Below are positions 40,176-51,799 of a stretch of 64,000 nt of DNA, piece by piece. The DNA lies in NCBI GenBank assembly GCA_965153285.1, contig OZ229112.1; one strand, 5' to 3'. The translations under genes and the position numbers were made by a program. The notes beneath the pieces are model-generated. The model was not told the origin of the DNA and did no database searches. It saw nothing but the letters and a program-made list of their open reading frames with translations. Position 1 is the first letter of the stretch, and each line of letters starts with the position of its first letter. Source of the DNA: Podarcis tiliguerta (taxonomy: Eukaryota).

Positions 40176-42300
40176 CAAAACTAAAGTCAGATCCTGATTC
40201 AGCTAAATCCCACAGATTTCTATGGACATGCTTAACTCTTCCATTGAAATCAATGGAATGTCTCGAAGTTTTGCTGAAGGTGTCACTTGTATGCAATATT
40301 AAGACCTATATAATTGCAAGGGTATTCACCTATATAATTGCAAGGGCGGAACAACTTCGGTTTCTGCATCAGGGCTCCCATTTCTCCCCCTGCACGCGCT
40401 TCCCACTCCATCCCCAGATCTGTTCCAGACGGTACACATGGGGCATGCAGGGGGAGGGGAAGGGGAGAAAACCTTAAGCTGACAGGATGTTCACCTTAGT
40501 GCTATGTTGCATTTGACCCTATATCATGGGACATCAACCTTTTGGGGGGGCCAGCAGGCATATTTTTAGAATTTTGAGAAATCGCTAAAGAGGTCAGTAA
40601 CACAATGGCTGCTGACAGGGTGTGATGTAACTCAAAGTGGGAGCAGCAGGGGCATCACATATAAAACAGCAGATAAAGAGGCCAGAGCACGAAATAGTGG
40701 AGATATGCCCCCATCAGTCAGTCACTCCATCACGGGGGGCCGGGGACGTACCTACATCAGTCAGCACCATGTCCGGTCACAGAGAGAAGCTCTTCACCTC
40801 TCCTCTGTTGAGAACAGACGGAAAGATGGACATCAAATCCCTCCTTCTAGTGAAATATATGCATGTTTAAAGCACCACGTTCAAGGTACGAGAGGCTCAG
40901 CCAGTGCAAAGAGTAACTGAGCAGGGAAGGCAAACTGTCTTCTGCATATTGTGGATTTTTGAAAGGGATATTTACTGAGACCTTTTGTGGGTGCCACAGA
41001 AGGTATGGGCAGGTAGTGTGATTCCTGCAGACCCCACACTGGTGGCCACTAGTCTATATTATTAAGCTTCTACTAAGGGATTTCACAGCTTTAAAACAAC
41101 ATGAAGCGTTTTTAAAATGTTAATACCAATGTTAGAACAGAAACAAGATTTGACCACAAACAGTATTTTGGAACATTTAGAATTTCAGCTGGATTTCCAA
41201 AATCAGTGTAATATGGCGCCTGGATATAGAGAAACCTTGAAGCAGAATATTCTTTTAAAAGAATGTTTCTGTTTGGCAGATCATCAAATAAAGGTCTGAA
41301 GCTTTTTGTTATCCAAAGCTACACTTGAAACAGAGAACATTCTGAAATCAATCCTCACATAACATAATACCAGTTCCATAGGGTATCCCTTTATTACTTA
41401 GGAGATGCAATTTCTTTCCTGGTGCTTTGCTACCTGTATAAATGACAAGTAACAAGATAAACCTCAGGTTTACTTAAAATCATGGCAATTTAACTTTCAT
41501 TTATTAAAAAACTCCTGAAAATACCCTACATGCAGAAAATCGAAATATCCTATCTCAGATGCCTATGAAAGTCTCATTACTATGTCACTCAGTGGTATTG
41601 CACATGGAAACTGCTGCCTCTATTTTTCAGTTTGTGTGTCTGACCATCTTTCTCCAAGTAGCAATTTCTAGGTGGTACCAGAATCTGATATAGATCTGAA
41701 AATGAGGGCTGGGGGAGAGCTACTTGTCTTGTTTATTAAACTTTTTCACTCTAATTGTATGTAGGTGCTAACATAACATCAATTTGGTAACATATTAAAA
41801 GGTAATAGCAGATCTGTTAAATCTACATTTACAGATTAACAGAAACAAAGAGATGGCTGCAAAAGTCCAGGTGTGTCTACCTGGCCCTTGAATTGTTCTT
41901 GCCTGCCACTCAAGACATAAAAATGACTGCAGCAATATCCTGTTCCCACTAAATGTTGTGAATCACCATTCACTTCCTCAGGAGCCATGTTTTGACTAAC
42001 GTAATGAATACTCTAAGCCAAGGCAAGAAACAGAAAGCAAGAGCAGGCTGAATGCTGCCTTTTATTCACTGAATCAGCTACCTGTTTCCAACACTGAAAG
42101 CTTTCAAAGTCTACATAGGTGTTCAAAAGGAAAGGTAATAGATCTTCTCATCTGTTGAGGTTGGTTATGTGGCTGAGTCTTGACATGCTTTATTAGAATT
42201 CAGCAGACTATGTTTAATTAGACCATAGAGTTGAGCTTTGCCTGGAACGATGATCAAGAGCTCAGGTATCACAAGGCTCTCAGAGTCAATGCGATAAAGT

Positions 42301-42440
42301 CACGGGTAGTCAAGATGGTGCCACCCCCCGTCATTGCTGGACAACAGCTCCCATCATCCCTGATCTTTTGACATGCTGGCAGGGGCTGATGGAAATCATA
42401 GTCCAAGAACTTCTGGAGGGCACCACACTGGCTTACCCTG
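42301..42440. mobile_element. Palindromic hAT MITE, degenerate
   Basis: CTCCCATCATCCCTG...GGGGCTGATGG core; ends CACGGGTAGTCA / TGGCTTACCCTG. Confidence 0.65.
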
Positions 42441-42636
42441 CAATAAATAAGTAAGCAAATAGCAAGGATGAATGCAACAGAGGCTAGCCATGGATAATGC
42501 ATTTGTATACAAACCAATTGTCCTTGACAGTCCCAGTACTCTGGTATTTGTCCGTGGTAAAGCACAGTTTTTCTCCTATTTTGCTGTAGGTGCATTCTAG
42601 GGAATGCCTTGTTAAAATTGTTAATGTGTAGTGCTA

Positions 42637-42722
42637 GAAGACAGGAGTGCCTGCCGTGCTCTGGTACATGGGGTCACGAAGAGTCGGACACGACTGAACG
42701 ACTAAACAACAACAACAACAAC
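42637..42722 (+). mobile_element. Very short Bov-B (RTE) LINE 3' end
   Basis: GAAGACAGGAGTGCCTG...CATGGGGTCACGAAGAGTCGGACACGACTGAACGACTAAAC(AAC)n; 10-bp TSD AGTGCTAGAA. Confidence 0.95.
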
Positions 42723-42861
42723 AGTGCTAGAATTATGTTGCTGCTGGTTTCAGCCTCTTCCCCAGGTATCTACAAGTTAAATAGCATAGGGCTAATATAT
42801 CTCATCTTTAATGCACATGCATGCAGATGCATGCCCATAAACACAAAATGTAACATGTAGT

Positions 42862-42928
42862 GCCTTGTGATACCTGAGCTCTTGATCATCGTTCCAGGCA
42901 AAGCTCAACTCTATGGTCTAATTAAACA
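42862..42928 (-). repeat. Perfect 67-bp inverted copy of 42211-42277, inside the Bov-B TSD
   Basis: 67/67 identity checked base by base. Confidence 0.97.
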
Positions 42929-43389
42929 AAGGTCCGTATAGTTAAAGCTATGGTTTTCCCAGTAGTGATGTATGGAAGTGAGAGCTGGACCATAAAGAAG
43001 GCTGATCGCCGAAGAATTGATGCTTTTGAATTATGGTGCTGGAGGAGACTCTTGAGAGTCCCATGGACTGCAAGAAGATCAAACCTATCCATTATTAAGG
43101 AAATCAGCCCTGAGTGCTCACTGGAAGGACAGATCCTGAAGCTGAGGCTCCAAGACTTTGGCCACCTCATGAGAAGAGAAGACTCCCTGGAAAAGACCCT
43201 GATGTTGGGAAAGATGGAGGGCACAAGGAGAAGGGGATGACAGAGGATGAGAGGTTGGACAGTGTTCTCGAAGCTACCAGCCTGAGTTTGACCAAACTGT
43301 GGGAGGCAGTGGAAGACAGGAGGGCCTGGCGTGCTCTGGTCCATGGGGTCACGAAGAGTCAGACATGACTAAACGACTAAACAACAACA
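42926..43389 (+). mobile_element. 5'-truncated Bov-B (RTE) LINE
   Basis: ORF KVRIVKAMVFPVVMYGSESWTIKKADRRRIDAFELWCWRRLLRVPWTARRSN... is the Bov-B RT C-terminus; premature TGA at 43238; (CAA)n tail; TSD AGTGCCTTGT (42859-42868 and 43390-43399). Confidence 0.97.
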
Positions 43390-45144
43390 AGTGCCTTGTA
43401 CCATTTTGTACACTATTGCTGATAAGGCCTATTTTGAAGTGATGGTGATAAATCATATTACAATTAGGCATTTCATTCGTAATGAGAAGAATTTTGCTTT
43501 TACATCTGTGAAGGGTCAGCTATTGCAAGGTAAATCAATATAATACAGAGTGGGTTAACTTGAGTGTTCAAGTGATGTACAATGGGGGTGGTGTGTGGTA
43601 GAACTCTTGGCAGTGAGAATATGGTATTATCAGTACATTTTTCACCTGCAAAATGTAGCCATCACAAAATGTGAGATTGTACAACATCTATTCTGCCTGC
43701 ATGCTGTTGAAGTTTAGGCATGAACCTTAACTTGCAATTTCAGTCCTTTTTAAGAGTAAGAGTAAATTGGTAAGATTCTAAAATGACAAATCACTTTATA
43801 CAGAAAATGTACAATTATCCTTCATCTGGATGAATGCCTTGGTTTGTCTGTTCCTTAGAATAGACACAGGGAGTCTATGCAAATGAAGGTATCATGAAAC
43901 TAAAGCTGCCAGTCCATGTTACAAGTACCCAACTAGCAACCAATACCATCCACATTAACAACAGAGAGTTGGAATGAACACATTATTACTAGATTTTTCA
44001 AGAGAAAAGTTAAAAACAAGGCAAAGGGGGGGGAAAGGCATTAAGGCGACAATCCTAAATTACTCCAATTTACTAAGGAATAAGAACCACTGGATTCTGT
44101 GGGACTTACTTCTGAATAAGCATACTAGTTATTGCATTACATATCCAACAGAGGGGGGGAATATCCCACAATAATAGACAAAAATGCACTATTTTGCAAT
44201 TTGTGACATATTATAGATTTGAGTGGATGGTAATTTATAACTGTAATCCTTTGCATTTTGACAAAGCCTATTGGCTTTTGCCACATTGTTTTAAATGACA
44301 TTTTTTTTTAGTTATCTGCCTGAACACTCCAAGAGAGAGGTGAAAGATACTGCAAAAGTTTCATCAGGTCACAGGGCAGACTGAGTAATTCTTTCATTTC
44401 AGGAGGGTTTATTTTTTGACCCACAGCATATGGCTTTTGTTACTAGGAGACCACGGCCCTAGTAAAAGTGCCTAGATGAATGTGATACTGTGTCCTCTGC
44501 TTCACTGCCAACATTACTCCCTTCCATGTAGAGATCTGAGGTGCCTAGAGAACTCGGTGCATACCACTGTGCTGATGGGATATGATGGGGTTTGTAACAC
44601 ACACCGCCGTTGATGTTTTCTCCCTTTCATCTTATCATTCCCCTTAATGGTCAAAAGGAGAGGTGAATACATTTCATTGTGTAACATTTAACTTCTCAGT
44701 AGTCTGTCAATCATTCTAAAATGAAGGAGAATTTTATATTCTATAGTATTTTCTTCTCCTTTTCAAGCAGCAATAATTTTATTTTTTGCAATATTCACTT
44801 CCATTACATGGGAACTATAACAACAAACAATACACAGTAGTTATGATCCGCATGTAGTTAACATATAAAGTTTTCTTTCTTATTGCAGCAATTAATCCCA
44901 TTTAAATGCCAGTTTTGTTAGGAATAAATTAGATGCAGTTTCACTTCAGTTTAAAACATTCACTTTACATTGCCCTAAGATTAAACAGTAAAACATACAA
45001 ATAACATAACTGAGGCTGAAATGTTTCAATTTGGCACTTAAAATAACCAACACCCGAAAACAATAATAGCCTGAATGCAATATAGAGTCAATTTACAAAC
45101 ACTTAAGATTTATCACAGCCTAATCTTTTATTTCACTCTCATTG

Positions 45145-45328
45145 TTTGACTAGGGTTTGGGAGACCAGGGATCAAACATCAAGCTCATTGGATAAGCTTG
45201 GACCAGCCACCATTTCTCAGTCTAACATACCTCACAAGGTTGTGTTGATGAAAAAAAATGGGAGGGACAGAACCATATCTCTCATTTTGAAGCCCTTAAA
45301 GATGGAATATAAGTGTAATAAATAAATA
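45145..45328 (+). mobile_element. Old degenerate Squam3/MIR-like SINE
   Basis: GGGAGACCAGGGATCAAA (B-box relic), CTCAGTCTAACATACCTCACAAGGTTGT core, AATAAATAAAT tail. Confidence 0.6.
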
Positions 45329-48300
45329 GTGATTAAAACATTGATCTTTTTTCATTCATTTATTATATTGTTTTAGCGGTTCTCGCTCTACAACTTGCAC
45401 ATATATCAGAATTTCAATGGGCCATTTCCTCATATATAACCAAGTATGTTGACATAGTGCCCTCACATTTTTGTATATTCAGCCTTTCCCATTTCCACGT
45501 ATATATTTTTGCCACCCCAGGTTAGGAAACAAATTCTTGCTTCCACTTCCCCTCCCTCTTTGTTAAGCAGCAGCCAAGGAGAATCCCTGTACCTCCTTGT
45601 TGTCATGGCCAAGTGGCAAATCTAAGAAAGCCTTGTAAGGGGCAGGCATTGCAAAGCTGCACTGCCAGCTGATCACCTTGCCCACCCGGCCACTGGAGTA
45701 GCAAAGTGGGCTTCACCACTTCGGGCATGCTTTAGTCAAAGGGAGGAGTATGCTAGCTCTGCCTCCCCAGGTCACCATTTTGATCACTCACCCTAAGTTG
45801 GAGGGAAGCAAAGAACATGGTTTACTTGCGGAGGCTCCCCACTTCAGAAGATTGTGTTCCAACTAATGGAGGGAAACTGGAACAATGATTGGGGTAGGTG
45901 AAACTATTACACTCTTTCCCCCGTGGTGTTTACTTTGCAAGACTAGGTAATGCCTGAAGTAGGGCAATAGTCTTCTATAGAACAACCCTTGCCCTGTGTG
46001 AATCAGGCTTTCCAGTGTTTCTGTATGTTGACGACAGCTGGGAAGCACGCAAGTCCCCTACCCCACTCCAAGGCGTATTTGTTTGGTAAGACATCCCCAA
46101 AGAAATATCAGTTTTGTCGCTTAAAGCTCTAATTTGTCTGCATTAAGAACAGGGAGCTTCTCGCCCCTGACACTCATGGGCTTCTGACGCTGCAGCTAGA
46201 CCCCTTTCCCACAGAAAGTTAGCATTGCATGCCACATGCTTCTGAGACAATGCCTCTGCTGTGCACCAGTTTTCCCTCAGCAACCATGTGTAGCTGCATA
46301 TATCATTATCTGCACAGCACCTTGGTGGGAGCAGAGGGACTGCTACCCTCCCAGAAAATTTTGCTGCTACGAAAGTCTAAAAGTGTAACTAGAGCTTGAT
46401 CCCCGCAAATTCTCAAGTGCACAGACAACTACAAACTCAAATTTTGTGCATTAGCAGTGAAACATTTCACATGTGATTGAATGTCATGTGGGATATGCTC
46501 AGAGCTCACCTGAGTGGGAGATTCTGCTCCCCATTTGTCTGTGAGAACCACATTGCTAATTGCTGCAGTTTATGAAAATACTTGCTGCTCCAGATGATCA
46601 CTTGTTATCTCTGCTTCCTTGATTAGAAAATTGATTAACGAGCCCTGACTTTGTAAGTGTTTATACTAAAACCTCTAGATTTTTCAATAAACCCCACACG
46701 GCTTAGCTTACACAGCTGTCAATTCAGGTTGCTGTTCAGTTGCAACAGTATAAGCAGCAATTACTTTTGGCTAGACCAAGAATGCTGAGTTTATACCACA
46801 GATTTATACACAGAACTTTCATCTGGCAAGATACTCAGTTGCCTGTTAATTTAGCATCCTGATTCTGCTCCTGGCTGGCTGGCTGCCCTCTCCCATATCA
46901 ATATGCTGCAGCAGTTAGCAACCATTCACTTGCTTGGTGCTCAGAGGCACACACCCGCTGCCTCCATTCTCACCTTCCAATTGTCACCGGTAACAATGAG
47001 AATTCTCTCTTCCATTGGTCACCCTCTGTGGCAGCCAGTGATTCCTACTGGCAAAATGGTACATCAACCACCACTGCATGTTTGAACAAGGGCTGGGAGT
47101 TTTTGGTAAAACATATTGCTACGATAGAAGGAGAATACAAAAACAGCCCCACCATATGTGTGTGTTTGTACACACACGGGGCCACATTCTCTTCCAGGGC
47201 CCATATGCCAGCAATGGGCGAGGTAAGAGCCAAAAGTGAGTGAGGCTAACCACACCATAGATTCTCATTCACAGACACACACTATCCATCCATACACATA
47301 TGCACCTCCATTTACATCCACATCCATCCATCTTCCCCCCTTTTCTCTCCAGCAATAAATGAGCATCCCTCACAGAGGCATAAAGAAAAAGAAACTACCA
47401 AAGGCACTGGAGCTACTAGACAGCTTTCTGTCAGCCCAACTGATTGGTCCTTGTTTAATTCCTCATGGAATTAAATTTCACAATCTCTCAGGAGAAACAG
47501 TCAATGATTGAAGAAGGGTTGCTGCCAGATTTGTAAAATAATATTTAACAACACAGCTTATTTAAAACTTAATAACCTGCTTTACCCCCTCTAAAATTGT
47601 GAATAACCATCACTAATCGATAACAATACTCAAGTGAAAGTGACGATCATTTTTTAGAATCCAACATCTAAAGTATTAAATGAAAGGTCAAATTTTGGTT
47701 CTTAAAGTTGTCCATTCTGCCCATGCCGTACAAATCCACAGAAAGGCAAAAAGGAGCCACTCCTTTCTCACACCTCCTAAAAGTCTGAGCGAGGCGTAAA
47801 TAAACCTGATGAAGTTAATTGCTTCCTAAAGGAAAAAAACACAGAAAGACTTTCAAAGCGTGATAAATGTGGTTCGAATTGGCATTTTGTATCTGGGAGG
47901 AAAATGCTTTGGAATGCAGTATGTGTGTTCAAACCATCACTCCTCTGAGAGTTCGTGAAGCCCTTTCCAAACAACAGTTGGCTGAATGTGGTGGGGAGGG
48001 AGGTTGCAGCAACAGGTCTTACATCTTCACTAGATTCTGTAAACCCCGAGTGTACAAATTGTGCATGCACAGACTTGTCTTCACAGTCAGGAACCTTGGT
48101 ATTTGCAAATTCCTGATCACATGGACAGCTTTACATGGATAGGCTCGGCCTAAAGTCCAGTGAACATTTGTAGGTCAGGGTGGGACCAACTGCTGTTGTA
48201 CCACCCCCAGCCCTAGGCACATTCTGGCACTCTTGAATTGTCCTCTGAAAAGGGCCTCTGTCTTCACCTAAAAATTGCTGTATTTGATATGCAGTCCACA

Positions 48301-49491
48301 AGCATTGAAAAGGGAGTTTTCCCATTGACTTAATGTGAATTTAAACCCTTAGGGATTCTCACAGAAAATTAAAAAACCTGAATGTGCTCTGACCTGTATA
48401 ATGAAAAGCTTATACTTGCAAATTGCCAATTATCCCTAATATTTTCTTTAACAAATTCATAGAGATTTCATTAACATTCACTGTCAATTGATTCCGGGGC
48501 TATCGTGACCCTCAAATCTTTTATGGTAAAGGCCAGATACTAGGGGAAAACTGTTAAAAATATAGCTGATTAAATGATTGCAAAATTGTTAATGAAGCCC
48601 AGTGAGCGTAAAGAGATATCAATCAAGTGTCATCTGGGAGCCACTGATAGCATTTAGCCAATTTCTTTCATTTAATATTATTTTCATCTGTTTACTTTGA
48701 TGTTTGACTCCTGCAAACTTCCAACAACAAGAAGGAAAAACACCACAACTATATACTTGAGGCAAGGGCAGAGGTCATCAATCACCATTTCTACACCAAG
48801 TTACCTCCATTTAAATGCAAATGCTGGCCTTTCTTCTCAACCTTTAAACAATCATTTCATAGAAAAGCAGTTGCATGAGTAAATTTGGTGTGTGGCTATC
48901 TATGAGGTTGGTCTCTTGTCATTTGACCTCACTTTTGTAACACCATCTCATTTTAAATTCTTATGCCATCGTAGGACTATACAGTATTTTTGCAGACAGG
49001 GCTTGGGCAGGATAGCAGTAATTTATTTTAACTCGTTTTTATGCGCTTAATGTAGGTATAATAATAAAGTGACTGACACAATTTTTCTTAGATTGCTATT
49101 CATTGCGTACGTTTAACATTAAGTGGCAAAACTTACACAGTTGCTTTAAGTAAAAGGGAACTACTGCATGTCAAGCACTCTGAACGATCAAAAAAGTGTG
49201 TATATAGGACAATGATTCTTGTTGCATGGGAGATGTGATTGGATTTCCCAGCACTTTTACTTTTAAGAATGGCTGGGCAGTGTTCTGAATTTGATCTGAA
49301 AAATAGCCATGGGGTGGAGGTCTAATCCCTTCCCTTCATACAATATAAACAATCTAAATAGGCAAAATTCTGAAGCTGCTGTCAGCTGTCTGACACATGC
49401 ACACATAACCAGCAGGGCTAACAGTGGCTTCCAATAGGGTGGGGGAATTTAAATGGATACAAATGTATGGGTAGCAATGATTAAACACGGT

Positions 49492-49568
49492 TGTGTCAGT
49501 GCTGTCACTCTGATCAGAGTGTGTCACTGTGTCAGTGCTGTCACTCTGATCAGAGTGTGTCACTCTGA
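49492..49568. repeat. Perfect 36-bp tandem duplication containing a 16-bp palindrome
   Basis: TGTGTCAGTGCTGTCACTCTGATCAGAGTGTGTCAC x2. Confidence 0.95.
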
Positions 49569-49723
49569 ACCCCTGAGAGGGGTTCACAACACACTTTTAA
49601 AAATGTTAACTTTTTTATTTGAAATAAACCAGCATAGGGAGAGAGAAACACCCTTGCGTTCCAAAATACATAGGCTTGCATCTTATGCTGCAGGAACACA
49701 GTTCCACTCTGTGACAGTTTTCC

Positions 49724-50262
49724 TTTTTTTTTTTTTTTAAATAATATTTTATTTTCCACATTCAATAAACAAACAAAAAACAAATCGACAAACACATCAA
49801 AAAGAAAATAGCAAAAGAAAAACAATACATACATTGTACAAACACAAAAAGAAAAATGAAAAAGGTAAAAATAAAAGAATTAAAAACAAATATTGTGTCA
49901 TTGTATTCTTCAGCATTAACTTAAGTCTGCGACTTCCCCATGCCTTCCCACTCTGTATTCTAGGTCTTATATTCTGGTAGTAAACTCTTTCCCTCTGGCG
50001 TATCTTTGGTTCAGATTAATGTTATTGTCTTATTTATCCTTACATTTCCCTATGTCTTACTAAATATACTTTCTTTAACATTGTCATTTTTATAATAACA
50101 TTCTTTTACATTCAATCTGATAACCTCAAACGTTCTTAATTTTATAATGCTTCTGTAGATAGTCTTTAAATTTCCTCCAGTCTTCCTTCACCATCTCTTC
50201 TCCCTGGTCTCTGATTCTGCCAGTCATTTCTGCAAGTTCCATATAGTCAATGAGCTTCATTT
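49724..50262 (-). mobile_element. 5'-truncated L1-clade LINE (ORF2 C-terminus, 3' UTR, poly(A))
   Basis: Perfect 19-bp TSD CACTCTGTGACAGTTTTCC; poly(A); minus-strand MKLIDYMELAEMTGRIRDQGEEMVKEDWRKFKDYL* resembles the squamate L1 ORF2 end. Confidence 0.92.
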
Positions 50263-50402
50263 CACTCTGTGACAGTTTTCCATCCTCTCCTCTCCCCATA
50301 GACTCCAAATATTTCACCCCACCCTCTCTAGCACATTTTGAGGGGGAGCTGCATCAGAGAGGAGAGAGGAGGGGAAGTCTGCTGCAAGAGCAGAACTGCA
50401 AT

Positions 50403-50642
50403 GCCAGTGTGGTGTAGTGGTTAAGAGCGGTAGACTCATAATCTGGTGAACCGGGTTCGATTCCCCTCTCCTCCACATGCAGCTGCTGGGTGACCTTGGG
50501 CTAGTCACACTTCTCTGAAGTCTCTCAGCCCCACTCACTTCACAGAGTGTTTGTTGTGGGGGAGGAAGGGAAAGGAGAATGTTAGCCGCTTTGAGACTCC
50601 TTCGGGTAGCGATAAAGCGGGCTATCAAATCCAAACTCTTCT
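50403..50642 (+). mobile_element. Squam3-type tRNA-derived SINE, young
   Basis: A box TGGTGTAGTGG, B box GGTTCGATTCC, MIR-like GCTGGGTGACCTTGGGCTAGTCAC core, L2-like 3' end AGCCGCTTTGAG. Confidence 0.88.
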
Positions 50643-50649
50643 ACAAGCC

Positions 50650-50760
50650 ATTGTTGTTGTTGGCATCCATCTGCCTTGAAAGACAGTGGGGTGCACCTCC
50701 AGGGGTGAAGTCAAACCGCTGTGTTAGCAGCACTGAAGTGACCTCCCTGGGGAGCACACA
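50650..50760 (-). repeat. Interspersed repeat fragment with a (CAA)n end (unclassified, possibly RTE-associated)
   Basis: TTGTTGTTGTTGGCATCCATCTG; related fragments at 40100-40175 and about 35390. Confidence 0.5.
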
Positions 50761-50840
50761 ACCAAGAGTCTATTATAAACTCTCTTCCACAACCCAGTTA
50801 TTTCTGATAAAACTGCAAGTCCCCTTTTAATGCATTTCTA

Positions 50841-51068
50841 CACTGGTCCCATCACCTCCTGGCAAATAGAAGGGGAAGAAATGGAGGCAGTGAGAGATTT
50901 TACTTTCTTGGGCTCCATGATCACTGCAGATGGTGACAGCAGCCACGACATTAAAAGACACCTGCTTCTTGGGAGAAAAGCAATGACAAACCTAGACAGC
51001 ATCTTAAAAAGCAGAGACATCACCTTGCCGACAAAGGTCCGTATAGTTAAAGCTTCAAACCTATCCAT
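50841..51068 (+). mobile_element. Internal Bov-B fragment without 3' tail, with a 129-bp internal deletion
   Basis: TGPITSWQIEGEEMEAVRDFTFLGSMITADGDSSHDIKRHLLLGRKAMTNLDSILKSRDITLPTKVRIVKA|SNLSI. Confidence 0.93.
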
Positions 51069-51421
51069 AGTCTTTCTTTTAATATAGGTCATTTCCCCCC
51101 AAAAAACATCAGGAATCTTTATCATGGACCTTCAACAAATGTGTATTCTGTTCCCTTCTCATACATTTAAAGTGCAATTCTCTGCTTCTTTCCTTCCACA
51201 AATGTTTCCAATAGGGCTTACTCACTAATAAGTGTGTTTAGTATTGTACCCTTATTTTTTACAGAGAAGGGGATCAAGATTTTAATAAAGTTACATGTAA
51301 TATCCAACAATTAGACTCTGACAACAATCCTAAATACTTTCCACATTCTGACTGTGTCAGAATCCTTGTCTCCATCACACAGCAAAATAACAAAACTGAA
51401 AGGATTGTTATTCTATTAGTA

Positions 51422-51799
51422 TTAAGGTAAAGGACCCCTGGACAGTTAAGTCCAGTCAAAGGCAACTACAGGGTGCGGTGTTCATCTCGCTTTTCAGGCC
51501 AAGGAAGGCCATTTGTCCACAGACAGCTTTCTGGGTTATGTGACCAGCATGACTAAACTGCTTCTGGCACAACGGGACACCATGACTGAAACCAGAGCGC
51601 ACAGAAAAACCATTTTACCTTCCCACCGCAGCGGTACCTATTTATCTACTCACACTGGTATGCTTTCAAACTGATAGGTTGGCAGGAGCTGAGATAGAGC
51701 AACGGTAGCTCACTCCATCGTGCAGATTTGAACCACCAACCTCCTGATCAGCAAGCCCAAGAAGCTCAGTGGTTTAGACCATAGCGTCACCCACGTCCC
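51422..51799 (-). mobile_element. Sauria SINE, subfamily B
   Basis: Full-length; inserted in an (ATT)n-rich site. Confidence 0.93.

Noticed and set aside
42922-43368. Overlapping ORFs of 140, 96 and 84 aa as genes
   Set aside because: All lie in a truncated Bov-B fragment with a premature stop; antisense open frames are usual for this element.
47198-47222. 25-nt plus-strand segment with strong AG and GTAAGA sites
   Set aside because: Frame-shifting length, no recognisable peptide and no partner exons; treated as a pseudo-exon.
50403-50475. tRNA gene
   Set aside because: A and B boxes are present, but there is no acceptor-stem pairing and the sequence continues into a SINE body and tail.
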